A stretch of DNA of 64,000 nt from Octopus vulgaris (GCA_951406725.2 OX597825.1:62992001-63056000); one strand, 5' to 3'; counted from the stretch's first letter, positions 27,185 to 39,518 are shown. Notes: a model not told the origin generated them from the letters alone. Made by a program: numbers and translations.

Positions 27185-27430
27185 ATGTAGAAAAGTGGTA
27201 TTTGAAGTTATTTTGAAGCATTGTATCGATCAAACTGAACAGGTTTGAAAGCCATAACAATGCGGGTTTAATAAAACAGAGATTTATAATTTTTTCTTTG
27301 ACATTTTTCCACCTCAAATGGTCCTTTTCAGAAATTACAGCATAAAAGATAGAAAAGAAACAGAGAAGAACATGTAGCAACATTAACTCAAAATATCAAC
27401 TGCTTTCTTCAAGGCACAGGGCCAAAGTGA
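27185..27430 (-). pseudogene. decayed paralog of the 30950-31540 exon group; signal-peptide-like first exon
   Basis: MLLHVLLCFFSIFYAVIS, then FKPVQFDRYNASK. Nucleotide similarity to 31280-31530. Splice sites mutated (gtaag>aaaag, ttacag>ttatgg). Confidence 0.45.
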
Positions 27431-27597
27431 AAATGTTCGAATTAAAAGAGTTTACAGATATAACAGATATTTCCCACCAATAAACCCTTGTGTTGTTTAT
27501 TGTGTACTGATATTTTGGTATAATGGTGGAATGGAAAGGGAATATTATTCTTATTTTACTGTGCGCAGATAGGGGTAACATTTACAAAAGTAGCTTA

Positions 27598-28054
27598 CAG
27601 TTGCGGCCAAAATGTTCAGAACGGCATTGTTTTCGTCAGAAAAGTAAGTATAAGTTTTTATCAAAGTTGTTTCATATTCTATAATTTTCACAGACAATAA
27701 CTACGATATTAATTGTTATTGTCTGAGATTTTGGTGTAATTTGAGAGGATAATACAAAAGTTATGGATGATTTAGTGATTTACTGCAAAGCCCCATGGCG
27801 GCCAAAATGATCAGAACAGTTGAAAAAATAACAAAATAATCAAAAATGACAGAGAATACTGGAATTATTTGATATTTAGTGTGAAGCCCTTTAGCTTCAA
27901 TCACACTCTGACATCTTCGACTGCATGAGGAAATAAAAATTAATATCGTATTTATTGTCTGTGAATATTATAGAACATAAAACAACTTTGATAAAAACTT
28001 ATACCTACTTTTCTGAGGAAAACAATGATGTTCTGAACATTTTGGTCGCAACTG
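27598..28054. mobile_element. Tc1/mariner-type MITE with TIRs of about 120 bp
   Basis: TA|CAGTTGCGGCCAAAATGTTCAGAAC ... GTTCTGAACATTTTGGTCGCAACTG|TA. Inner direct repeat GCGGCCAAAATGATCAGAAC near 27798. Confidence 0.9.
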
Positions 28055-28163
28055 TATAGTCATTATGCAATATATGAAAAATGAGCCAAAGACATTGATA
28101 ATGATGTTAGCTGACTTGGACAAACCAGCCTGCTCTTTTATAAAGTTCCATAATTTTTATTCT

Positions 28164-28688
28164 TGTAACAGGATGAGAGGTCCCCGCACTGGATAGGTGC
28201 AGCTTGCATCCTTTACATTGAAATATTAATTGAAGGAAAGAGTCAAGAATTCTGATGAACTTCAATAGTATAAATATTTATTTCTTGATTTGCAATATAT
28301 ACATTCTTCCTTCTGGGTGAATCAGCAGCCTAGGAGCTCATCACAGTAGTCAAGTGCAGTGAGCCAAATCCTGTCCGTTCAAGCATAGCAGAGATATGCC
28401 ACGAGGTAGCAGCTTGAGAGAGCTGCTAAAGCATGACTGTCCTGTTCAACTGTCAGTGTTCAAGAGAACGATAAGAGGGAATTTTGCTGCTGCTAGTTTT
28501 CTGCACATGCGCATGGGGGAACTTCCGGCAGGCCTCCCGGAAGAATCCAACTCTGTGCATGCGTGCTAGAGATTTCCAAGATGGCATCACTACAAGACTC
28601 CCCCTCGAGTGCAGAACCGCAAAACAGAAGATTGTAGTGACTCCTGAAAACAAGATGGCTACCGATCACCCAGAAGATGTGGCTCACA
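28164..28688 (-). mobile_element. possible solo LTR
   Basis: TGTAAC...CTCACA termini, locally GC-richer, AATAAA on minus near 28280. No clear TSD. Confidence 0.4.
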
Positions 28689-28894
28689 ATATGATAACGC
28701 AAATAAATGTGAATGCAAAAAAAAAAATAAATAAAATATCATGCTCAAATTTGTTTTTTTTTCTTAACAAAATGTCCAAGAGTAAAACACTCTACATGCT
28801 ACATGCTCATGGATAACATGATACTAATAATAAAAATGTTGAAAGTAAGAAATTATATACTATAAAAAATCTCACAGAAAATGTTGTTTATTTT

Positions 28895-29300
28895 TAAATT
28901 GAGAGGGGTTATGATTTGAGTAGGAGGTTTTATCTTGTGAATCTTTCAATGTGTAGGGCAAATTTGTGGAATGGTTTAGATGTGGCATTAAAACATAGTA
29001 CAAACAGTTTTCTGTTCAAGAAGATACATGAACAATATTGATTTTGATAATTACAGGGATGATGAAAGACTGTGATAACACTTTATTTTATTGATGCCAT
29101 ATATATTAGGGCTGTACACAGAATTTGGGGTAGTTGTCAATAAACTAGTGGTTTATATATAAGTTAGGGAATAGTTATTAGAAAGGGGGTAGGAACAAAA
29201 TAACTTATTTTTAACCCTTTTTAGACATGTAATACTAAATTTTTGCAGTTTATGAACATCTATTTTGTTCATTGTTTTGTTATTCCTGTTCGATTTTATT
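28895..29300 (+). mobile_element. L2-clade (Crack/Daphne-like) LINE 3' end
   Basis: ANLWNGLDVALKHSTNSFLFKK plus a 3'UTR motif AAAGGGGGTAGGA..CCCTTTTTAGACATGT. Confidence 0.55.
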
Positions 29301-29867
29301 TGTTTTTCTTTCTTCTTTGTTAATTTTTATTTTTACATTTTCTCTATAAAAACTTTAAAATCCATATTATGTAGAAATTAACAGGGAAAAAAAAATATTT
29401 GTATCCTAGCTATGTTAAAATAGCTAGCGAGCTGCATTAACACATAATAGAGATTATATCAAGTTAGTCGTGTTAAATAAAAAGGTATCAAAGTAGTACT
29501 TGATGTTGTTTGGAAGCCATCATCCTTTCACCATCTTTTAATGTTTATTTTCCATGCTGGTATGAGCTGGAGCGTTTGATAGGATCCAACATGTTCAAGG
29601 ACTACATTGCCAGCATTTGATGTCTGCTTTGGTACACTAGTCCTTTCTAACCACTTTACAGGAGGAACTGGAAGTTTTTTTCTGTGACAGCAGAAGTAAT
29701 AAAGTCACCAAGTATTTTGTAAGACTAAAATCTTTTTCAATTGAGTGAGACTAAAGTAGAGAAAGAGGCAGATTTATACTAAGAAATGTTAGGTTAAAGT
29801 ATGAAAATAGGGGCCAGAAAAAGTTTCTAGCTGTAGAACTACCTGAATACTTACATTATGAAATATA

Positions 29868-30088
29868 TATTTCTTTATTGCCCACAAGGGGTGAAACACA
29901 GAGGGGACAAACAAAGGGATTAAGTTGATTAGATCGATCCCAGCGTGTAATTGGTACTTTATTTATCGACTCTGAAAGGATGAAAGGCAAAGTCGACCTC
30001 GGCGGAATTTGAACTCAGAACGTAACAACAGACGAAATACGGCTACGCATTTCACCCGGCATGCTAACGATTCTGCCAGCTTGCCGCC
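29868..30088 (-). mobile_element. SINE family A, full length
   Basis: Family match. TSD-like TTACATTAT(G)AAATATA on both sides. Confidence 0.85.
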
Positions 30089-30265
30089 TTTACATTATAA
30101 AATATAGGAGTAAAAACAATGAAGCTGGGAAGAGAGGTAAAATAGTGGTGATGTAACTGTGCGAAGATTTTAAAATTTTCACAATTCGTTTTTAATAAAA
30201 GAGGGTTCCTATTTATCTTCTAAATTTCAACCTCAAGGACCCTTTTCTAAAATAGTTATTGAGGA

Positions 30266-30336
30266 GAGTCGCTGGTGTAATGGCAGCATACTTGTCATGA
30301 AAGCGTAGAGATCTGGGTTCGAGTCCCACTCATGCA
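30266..30336 (+). pseudogene. tRNA-like sequence (not a functional tRNA)
   Basis: A box TGGTGTAATGG and B box GGTTCGAGTCCC. Acceptor and anticodon stems do not pair well. Confidence 0.55.
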
Positions 30337-30355
30337 GAAAACCCTATTTTTTTAA

Positions 30356-30681
30356 TAGGCACAGGAGTGGCTGTGTGGTAAGTAGCTTACAAACCATATG
30401 GTTCTGGGTTCATTCCCACTATGTGGCACCTTGGGCAAGTGTCTTCTACTATAGCCTCGGGCTGACTAAAGCCTTGTGAGTGGATTTGGTAGATGGAAAC
30501 TGAAGGAAGCCCGTCGTATATCATCATCATCATCATCGCTTAACGTCCACTTTCCATGCTAGCATGGGTTGGATGGTTTGACTGGAGTCTGGGAAGCCAG
30601 GAGGCTACATCAGACCCAGTCTGATCTGGCAGTCTTTCTACAGCTGGATGCCCTTCCTAATGTCAACCACTCCGTGAGTGT

Positions 30682-30726
<45 letters not shown>

Positions 30727-30945
30727 TGTATGTATGTATGTGTGTGTATATGTTTGTGTGTCTGTGTTTGTCCCCCTAAGATCGCTTGACAACCGATGAC
30801 GGTCGGTGTGTTTACATCCCCGCAACTTAGCGGTTCGGCAAAAGAGACCGATAGAATAAGTCCTGGGGTCGATTTGCTCGACTAAAGGCGGTGCTCCAGT
30901 GTGGCTGCAGTCAAATGACTGAAACAAGTAAAAGAGTATAAGAGC
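30356..30945 (+). mobile_element. SINE family B with nested family C fragment (about 30520-30680, -)
   Basis: GGAGTGGCTGTGTGGTAAG head, GGCACCTTGGGCAAGTGTCTT CORE-like box and AAAGAGT tail. Confidence 0.85.
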
Positions 30946-30949
30946 AAGA

Positions 30950-31540
30950 AAGACAGTGGAAAGTGACCAAAATATCTATTGTTTCCTGTAGAGTCACGAA
31001 GCTAAAATATATATCTTTGGATGATACCAATACGTAGACATTTCTTTCCATTTCAGTGGTTACCATCTACAGTAGATTGGTGTTTTGGTGAATTGTCAAG
31101 AAACTCATGCAGGTATTTGTCAGTTTATTTGGCTCTGCCACAAAAAGACAGCTTTCACAATAGATTAATGAGAAATGACATTTTTTTTTACCAGAATAAG
31201 ATGTTAAAATAGGCAATCAATTCAATATACATACATATAGATATTACCTCAAGTTCATCTTGCTCAATGCAAATGACATTCAAGTGGTATTTGAAGTATT
31301 TTGAAACTCTGTATTGATTAAAGGGAATAGATTTGAAATCTGTAACAAATCAGTTATAGTAAATGGTTTTATTGTTAGATTTTCATGATGGTTTTTCGTA
31401 TTTTTTTTTTTTAATTTTCAGTCTCAAAAAAATCTTACCAAAAATTAACATAGAGCAGAGTAAGAAAGAGAAAAAAATCTTGTATCAAAAGAAACTGAAT
31501 ATCAACTGTTTCATGTGGAGGCACAAGGCAGAAAAAAAAT
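30950..31540 (-). pseudogene. decayed multi-exon gene, unknown small product
   Basis: GT-AG introns 31340-31438, 31135-31247 and about 30986-31063. Exon 31248-31339 reads DFKSIPFNQYRVSKYFKYHLNVICIEQDELE. Exon 31064-31134 needs a 1-nt frameshift. Confidence 0.5.
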
Positions 31541-31987
31541 TTCCAAAATTCAAATAGTGCTCTTTCATTCTTTATTTCTTTGATTTGTTTCAATGGTTGG
31601 AGTGAGGCCATGCTGAAATACTGCTGTGAAGGTTTTAGCTGAACAAATCTACGTCAGAATGTATTTCTGGATCTGATACTTGTTTTATTGCTCTCTATCA
31701 CTGAACTCTTATGATGTAGGGATGTAAACAAACCAGCACTAGTTGTCACGTGGTGGATGGACAAACGCAAACTCAAAGACACACAATTCTGTTTACATAC
31801 ACACACATAGATAAAGAAACACACAGACACGTACACACACACACACACATACATATACACACATGCACACATACATATCTGTATATACTCTTACTCTCTC
31901 TTTTACTCTTTCACTTGTTTCAGTCATTTGACTGTGGCCATGCTGGAGCAACACCTTTTAGTTGAGCAAATCAACCTCAGGACTTAT

Positions 31988-32204
31988 TCTTTGTAAGCCT
32001 AGTACTTATTCTATCGGTCTCTTTTGCGAAACTGCTAAATTTTGGGGATATAAACACACCAGAATTGGTTGTCAAGCGATGTTGTGGGTGACAAACACAG
32101 ACACACACAACATCGCTTGACAACCAATTCTGGTGTGTTTATATCCCCAAAATTTAGCAGTTTCGCAAAAGAGACCGATAGAATAAGTACTAGGCTTACA
32201 AAGA
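31988..32204. repeat. perfect 99-bp inverted duplication of a SINE B segment, 19-nt spacer
   Basis: 31988-32086 is the exact reverse complement of 32106-32204, including copy-specific substitutions. Confidence 0.95.
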
Positions 32205-32239
32205 TAAGTACTAGGCTTACAAATGCACATACACATACA

Positions 32240-33285
32240 TATGCTGTGCATGTGCACTAAGTTTTTTACGTTCTAGCCCACTTACACTGTTTACAGCAGT
32301 GCTTGGAAGGAAGGTGTGTAGCGTGATCGTCGCATTGACTATGACAGAGAAAGCTGTCATCACGATACCTGCTCAGAGGCCTTCACAATGTTGCAGAAAG
32401 TGTATGGAGAGGAGTGTATGAGCCGCACACAAGTGTACAAGTGGTTCAGATATTTCCAAGATGACCAAAAAATGTTGATATTGACAAACGCTCAGGGAGA
32501 CCTGCAACTAACAGAACTGATAAAAACATCACAGATGAGCATGCAGCTGTGAAGAAAAATCGTCAGATCCCCATCCGTGAGTTGTCAGAGGATGTGAAAA
32601 ATTAGTTACTGTTTGGTTTAGTCCATTATCACTGAAGATTTGGGTATGAGATTCATGTCTTCCAAGTTCGCGCCAAAACTGCTTTCAGCTAGCCAAAAAG
32701 ATACTCAAGCTTCAGTTGCACATGATCTCCTTGACTGTATCGAGAAGAATGAGAACTTTTTAAAAAACTTTGCATAGGCGCAGGAGAGGCTGTGGTAAGT
32801 AGCTTGTTTACCAACCACATGGTTTGGTTTCGGGTTCAGTCCCACTGCGTGGCACCTTGGGCAAATGCCTTCTACTATAACCTTGGGCCGACCAAAGCCT
32901 TGTGAGTGGATTTGGTGGACGAAAACTGAAAGAAGCCCGTCATATTTATGTATATATATATATGCGTGTGTGTGTTTGTGTGTCTGTGTTTGTCTCCCTA
33001 GCATTGCTTCCCAACTGATGCTGGTGTGTTTATGTGCCCGTTTCATTAGCAGTTCGGCAAAAGAGACCGATAGAATAAGTACTGGGCTTACAAAAGAATA
33101 AGTCCCGGGGTCGAGTTGCTCGATTAAAGGCGGTGCTCCAGCATGGCCGCAGTCAAATGACTGAAAGAAGTAAAAGAGTAAAAGAGTAAAGAGGCCTCTG
33201 AGCAGGTATTGCCAAGCTATACGCAAAATTCGATGCAGATTGTCTGCTCAACTTTATCTGTCATGTCAATGCGAAGATCACACTC
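32240..33285 (+). mobile_element. decayed mariner (transposase N-terminus) split by SINE B 32773-33192; inverted copy of its start at 33192-33285
   Basis: EAFTMLQKVYGEECMSRTQVYKWFRYFQD..RSGRP..IRELSEDVKIS..DLGMRFMSSKFAPKLLS. Confidence 0.9.
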
Positions 33286-33373
33286 TATTGATAAGTTTGA
33301 TAGGTTTTAATTCATATAATTTTAAAACAGAAACCTTGCATCATAGAACAAAGGAAGGTTGGTTTTGAAGAAG

Positions 33374-34210
33374 TTACATAACAGAAAGAGAGTGGGAGTG
33401 AAATGTAAAACAAAAGAATTTAGCATATTTGACTGCTATTTTGTTTATTGATTCATGACATTGCCTAAGAAGGGTTTTAATAGATTGTAATAAACCTAGG
33501 CTTATTTCATATGGAATTTTATCTTTAGAACATTTATCTAGCCTATGGCATATTTCTTCACACGTTTTTACTGGTGATACTGAAATTTGTGCTACAGATC
33601 TTAGTACTCCACTCAATAACAAAATTTTTTCACTGCAAATTCATAACAATATATTATTTTATAACAGTCTAACTATTGCTCAAATTCGTGGCTCTGCCTC
33701 TTTCGTTTCACATTAAAATAAAAACAGAAACAATTCGTGTTGCCAAGTTGCATGTTGCCTTGCAGTGCTTTGCATTTGTTGTGCATATTTTACCAAAATC
33801 CTAAAATGACAGGGAACATTGCAATAAAGGAGATGGCAGCCATTATTTTACTGCCTTTTAATGTTATATTTAACATCTGGTATTGTCATGTTGGAAATAT
33901 AATGAAGAATTATTTGTAGGATCTCAGTTACAGAAGATTGTACTCAGAGAGAAAAAAAAAAAAATTAAAATAAAAACAAAGAAAAAGGAACAACTCTAAT
34001 TTGTTGTCTTTTCTGAGTTTTGTTTTTTATAAATTCTTTTGCTACTTCGATGTGGAATTATGAAAAATTAAACATCACTTCTAATGTATAATGAAAATCA
34101 TATTCTCAACCATTTCTTGCCTCAATTGGAACTGTTCAGTTATTACCAAAAATTATAGCTGCAAGGAAGCATTCATAATGCATTTCGAATGAGTGCACGC
34201 TTTCTTGATT
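33374..34210 (-). pseudogene. decayed exons of a HEAT-repeat protein, tentatively MROH/maestro-like
   Basis: Exon 33374-33632 (tttgcag acceptor, 85 codons). Exon about 33794-33947 reads QSSVTEILQIILHYISNMTIPDVKYNIK/KIMAAISFIAMFPVILGF with a frameshift and a matching phase-2 donor. Similarity to MROH1 is judged from memory. Confidence 0.35.
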
Positions 34211-34628
34211 TTTATGTAGATTTTTTTGGTTTATTTTTGGCCTTGTATTCTGATTTATTTCATCAATGTCATCTCAATCATCACTACCAGTTAAATTAAC
34301 ATTATCATTGTAGCCACCAGTAGCATAACCACCTCCATTTTCATCCCTGTATTTAAGTTTCTTCACCTCCCTTATTAACATCACCACAATCGCCATTGCT
34401 ACCGACACCACCACCACCACCACCACCATCACCATGTTCTTTATTACCTTGATTTGTTCCGTATCCAGTTTATTGTGCTGATAGTCAATGGAGGGAGAAA
34501 AATTAGCTTGTGTTCCCTTCATGGGGAATGTAACAACAAGGCTCGAAACTTCATGGGAAGGAACTCTTGATTAACATAATTCCCACAACTTGACTGGTAT
34601 GGCTATTTTAATTCTTTCATTCCTTTCT

Positions 34629-35218
34629 AATGCAGTCCTGGTAATACAGTCCTAGTAATACAGTCTTGGTAATACAGTCTTGGTAATACAGACCTGGTAA
34701 TACAGTCTTTGTAATGCAGTCCTGTAATACAGTCCTGGTAATACAGTCTTGGTAATACAGTCCTGGTAATACAGTCCTGGTAATGCAGTGTTGCTAATAC
34801 AGTCCTGGTAATATGGTCCTAGTAATACAGTCCTGTAAAACAGTCCTGGTAATACAGTCCTGGTAATGCAGTCCTGTAATACAGTCCTGGTAATACAGTC
34901 CTGGTAATATGGTCCTAGTAATACAGTCCTGTAAAACAGTCCTGGTAATACAGTCCTGGTAATGCAGTCCTGTAATACAGTCCTGGTAATACAGTCCTGG
35001 TAATATGGTCCTAGTAATACAGTCCTGTAAAACAGTCCTGGTAATACAGTCCTGTAATACAATGCTTGTAATACAGTGCTGGTAATACAGTCCTGGTAAT
35101 ACTGTCCTGGTAATACAATCCTGGTAATACAGTGTTGCTAATACAGTCCTGTAATACAGTCCTGTAACACAGTCCTGTAATACAGTCCTCATAATACAGT
35201 CCTGGTAATACAATCCTG
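34629..35218. repeat. 13-14 bp minisatellite (TAATACAGTCCTGG)n with 96-bp higher-order repeat
   Basis: The variant unit TAATATGGTCCTAG recurs at 34809, 34905 and 35001. Confidence 0.95.
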
Positions 35219-35407
35219 TCACATCACAAGTAAGAAAAGGAAGTCGACTGCATCGACCCAAGTACTCAACTAGTACTTATTTTATTGACCCCAAAAGGAT
35301 GGCAGGCAAAGTGAACTTCGGTGTAATTTGAACTCAGAACAAGATGACAGACGAAATGTCACTAAGCATTCTGACCAGCACACTAACAATTCTGCCAGCT
35401 CGCTGCC

Positions 35408-36040
35408 TTAATCAGGATAATATTACAACTTGTTATTGATAACATAGTCTCATGTATTTGGCAAATTGCCGGCCCCTCAGGCACAAAATTCTTCTGGTGT
35501 CAAAGCAAAGAAACATTCAATATTCAAAGAAATATTTCAATGTCTTCACTTTTAATAAACCGTTTTTCCCTCTAAATTATGTTGCCATGGTCTGAAAAGA
35601 TGAATGTCAGATGGAACAAGATTATAAAAGTAAGAAGTGCAAGACAAATCTCCCATATTCTATTGCATAATCTTTTCCTGAATGACTTGGATAATATGTA
35701 GCCTTATTCATAATGCAAGACTAACAGCTCTTTACAATTGATCAAAGACAAGTGCTTTATCTGCAAAATTTTGTGCTACACTTTGTGTTGCTAACAAACA
35801 CTTCCCAGCATTAGATGTCTTCGTTTTGGTTTAACACTTCATAATAAATGAGACTTTTCATATCCCAACGAACACACAGCATAAATAGTTATGAGCATAG
35901 TCCTGGTTTGGGAATAGATTCTCCTTTTTGCTTGGGTGCTATGCTAACCATTGTCATTTTTATTGTATTTGGCTATAGAGAACCTACTTTTCATCATTTG
36001 TGATGGTTCTACCCAGGAAAGATTCCAAAGTAAGTCTCTC
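35408..36040 (-). mobile_element. decayed mariner transposase catalytic domain
   Basis: FLGRTITNDEK*VLY (cf. IVTGDEKW) and NLVPSDIHLFRPWQHNLEG (cf. DLAPSDYHLFRSMQH). Confidence 0.75.
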
Positions 36041-36060
36041 TCATTAATTATATATATATA

Positions 36061-36516
36061 TCTATGTATATAAAACTCAATGCGTGTGTCTGTGTGTGTA
36101 TCTGTGTGTGTGTCTGTGTGTTTAACTTCCCAGCACATCTCCTCCTAGCCAATAAATCGTAGAACCACCAAAAATGGGTCACTTAAAGTTTAGGCAAATG
36201 AAAATTGAACTGCGCTATTTCTGTTCCAAAATTCATCTCGCAAGTGCAAAAATCGATAATGTGTTTGTTTAGGCCTTATCCCATTAATTGAATATTGAAC
36301 TTTACTCAGGCAGCTGTTTGACATGAACTGTGTTCACCACGCATGGAAGCATGCGTAAATTGCATGAAAAATTAAAAAATCAAGATATAAAAATGAATCG
36401 ATGTAAACATTTGTAGAAATTCGGCAAAGAAATGAATTTTCAGGATGTAGCCTGGAAGGTTTTTTTCGTATTAATATATATATATATATATATATATTGT
36501 CATATATACATGTATG

Positions 36517-36610
<94 letters not shown>

Positions 36611-36886
36611 GTATATATATAGATAGAAGAAGAAGGCTAACTCTTCCTTCCGTAGAAGAAAAAATTCAAATCGGACCATGTGAACACCAAAAATTATTTA
36701 CATCAAAAAGGTGCCTTTTTTCTGTGAAAATCCCTTTTTTAAACAATGTTTTGACTGCTGTGTTGCCATTTTTCAGTGTATTTCAATTAAAGAGAATAAT
36801 AATCTACATGCTGCCAAATTTTTACTTTTCAAAAATTCCAGTTCTAAAGGGTCAAAACAAACCGCAACGCCGGGCGATACTGCTAG
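36061..36886 (+). mobile_element. non-autonomous Helitron
   Basis: A|TCTATGTATATAAAA 5' end and CCGCAACGCCGGGCGATACTGCTAG|T 3' end. A second 3' end terminates at 37090. Confidence 0.75.
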
Positions 36887-36889
36887 TGT

Positions 36890-36933
<44 letters not shown>

Positions 36934-36945
36934 GTATATATATGC

Positions 36946-37032
<87 letters not shown>

Positions 37033-37304
37033 TTTGCTATATAAAAATGCTTATATATATACAAACCTGAGCAACGCCGGATACTGCTAGTATATATATA
37101 TATATATATATATATAGGTGTAGGAGTGGCTGTGTGGTATGTAGCTTGCTTACCAACCACATGGTTCTTGGTTCAGTCCCACTGTGTGGCACCTTCAGCA
37201 AGTGTCTTCTACTATAGCCTTGGGCCAACTAAAACCTTGTGAGTGGATTTCGTTGACAGAAACTGAAAAAAACCTGTCATTTATATATATATATATATAT
37301 ATAT

Positions 37305-37425
37305 ACAGCCAAAATTTTCCATGATGAATCGGTTTCTGACTGAAGAATGAAGGCTCTGAATGACTGTCTGTTTTCCGTGTTCGTCAATTCATGAATTTCA
37401 CGTTCTTTATATATAAAGTTTTATT
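37305..37425 (+). mobile_element. Penelope-like pLTR fragment related to 54200-54958
   Basis: GTTTCTGACTGAAGAATGAAGGCT.TGAATGAC matches the reverse complement of about 54264-54300. Confidence 0.5.
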
Positions 37426-39465
37426 CTATATAATACATCAATGGGATAAGAATGCAAAACATCCAGGTGATACAAAAAAGGGTTATATATAGTGACGGTG
37501 GTATGGAAAAGCACCTTTCAAGTGTTGGCTCTCACAGGGGGAGGGGGGTAATGTTGCCAATGCCAGTGTAACTAGCACCTGTGCCAGAGCTGCCCAACTA
37601 ACACCTGTGCTGGTGGCACGTATAAAGCACCTTTTGAGCGTTGGGCCTCATGGAGGGAATGGCAAATAACTGAGACATTTGGAAACATGCTCTGCTTGAG
37701 TAGAAGATACATCAAGTGGTAGTTGTGGCAGACACTGGTGTCATGCAAGTGCCATGTAAAATCCCCCATTACACTATCAGAGTGGTTAGTGTTAGGAAGG
37801 GCATCCAGCCATAGAAATCATGCCTAATCAGACCGGAATTTGGTACAGCCCCTCAGCTTGCCAGACCTGGTCAAACCATCCAACCCATGCCAGCATGGAC
37901 AATAAATGTTAAATGATGAAGATATATACACATACAGATACATGCATATATCCCAAAAAATAAATACATGCACACATACACACACACACATACCCACACA
38001 CACACATACATAGACACACTGTCATATATACACATATGTACACTCTCTGAAATTATTTATGAATAAAATAAATCAAGTCATCTTATTAAATGTCATATGT
38101 ATTGCATTGAAGCTCTTTAAGTTACAAATAACTTTGTGTAGATTTACAGATTTGTTGACCCCCCCCCCCCCAACCCACAATAATGCTGTGTCTGCCATAA
38201 CCTCATCAGTTGAAAAAGATATTGAAGAATTTACCATTATGCCACATATAGCATATTTGAAATTTCCATTTTGAAGAGCTCAGTACTTTTCAAGGTTAGA
38301 TGATATTAAACAGGATTTGAATATATTCATACAAACTGACGGAACATTCGTATATTACACACTGCTCCCACTTGCATATAATTACTTCAATCTTTTGTTC
38401 TTTTAGCAGCATTTCGTCTGTCGCTACGTTCTGAGTTCAAATTCCACCGAGGTCAATTTTGTCTTTCATCCTTTTGGGAGTCAATTAAATAAGTACCAGT
38501 TATGCACTGGGGTTGATATAATCGACTTAATCCGTTTGTCTGTCCTTGTTTGTCTCGTCTGTGTTTAGCTCCTTGTGAGTAGTAAAGAAATAGGTAAGCT
38601 TGATAAAAGAGGAATGAGAGAAGGAATGAGAAAAAGAAGGAGTAAAAGGAAAGTAAGAGAAGAGCAAAAAAAGAAGGGATGAATGAGAGATGGAAGCATT
38701 GAGAAAAAGGATGAAAGGAAAATGGGAGGAATAAATGCAGTGGGGAATGAGAGAAAGGAAGAAGGAGAGACAGGAAAGAGGGTTGTTAATTACAGCCTGA
38801 GACTTGGTCTGAATATACTTTCAACACTGTGGACTTTGTTAAAGATTCTACCCAATCACCAATACAACCTCGCCCTCCACCATCCAGTCAGCTGCAGCTT
38901 TCACAGAAAATGGATGAGAATTATCAAGGAAAAAGAAATGCTGTAAGAAAATAAAAATATAAAAGAATGAGAAGGCATCCACCCTTAAAACATAATTAAA
39001 ACTTTAAAAAATTCAGTAAAACAAATAAAAAAGTATGCAGTTATATTAGAAGAATTTAAATTTGAAACAACAAATTATTGGATCCAATGTCATCTGATTA
39101 CATTTCTTGCATTGTTGGATTATTGAGAAACCATTAATTTTGGTGGAAAACCTAAAAATGTGAGAATTGTAGAAAAATGTTAGGATTTGCTCGTTTTTTT
39201 TTTTTTTTGTGTGTGTGTATGTGTGTGTGTGATTAAAATTTTACATTAAAGAATAAATTTAAAAAAGAAAAATATATAGAGCAAAAAAAATGCTAACTTA
39301 ATTGTTAGTATCTCCTTCCATGACATCAAAGTGGAGGAATAGATGATAATGATTTCAAGCATGGAGTTAGTGCATGTGCCAACAATTGCAGTGTGGTGCA
39401 GGAATCTTATTATCTGATTGTTTGTTTGTTTGCTTGTTTGTTAAATGTTTGTTAAAGTATTGTAT

Positions 39466-39513
<48 letters not shown>

Positions 39514-39518
39514 AAGAA

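Noticed and set aside
30266-30336. Functional tRNA gene
   Set aside because: Cloverleaf stems do not pair; SINE heads elsewhere were likewise not called tRNAs.
34652-35261. Repetitive ORFs or CRISPR-like array
   Set aside because: Contiguous tandem minisatellite with no unique spacers and no cas genes.
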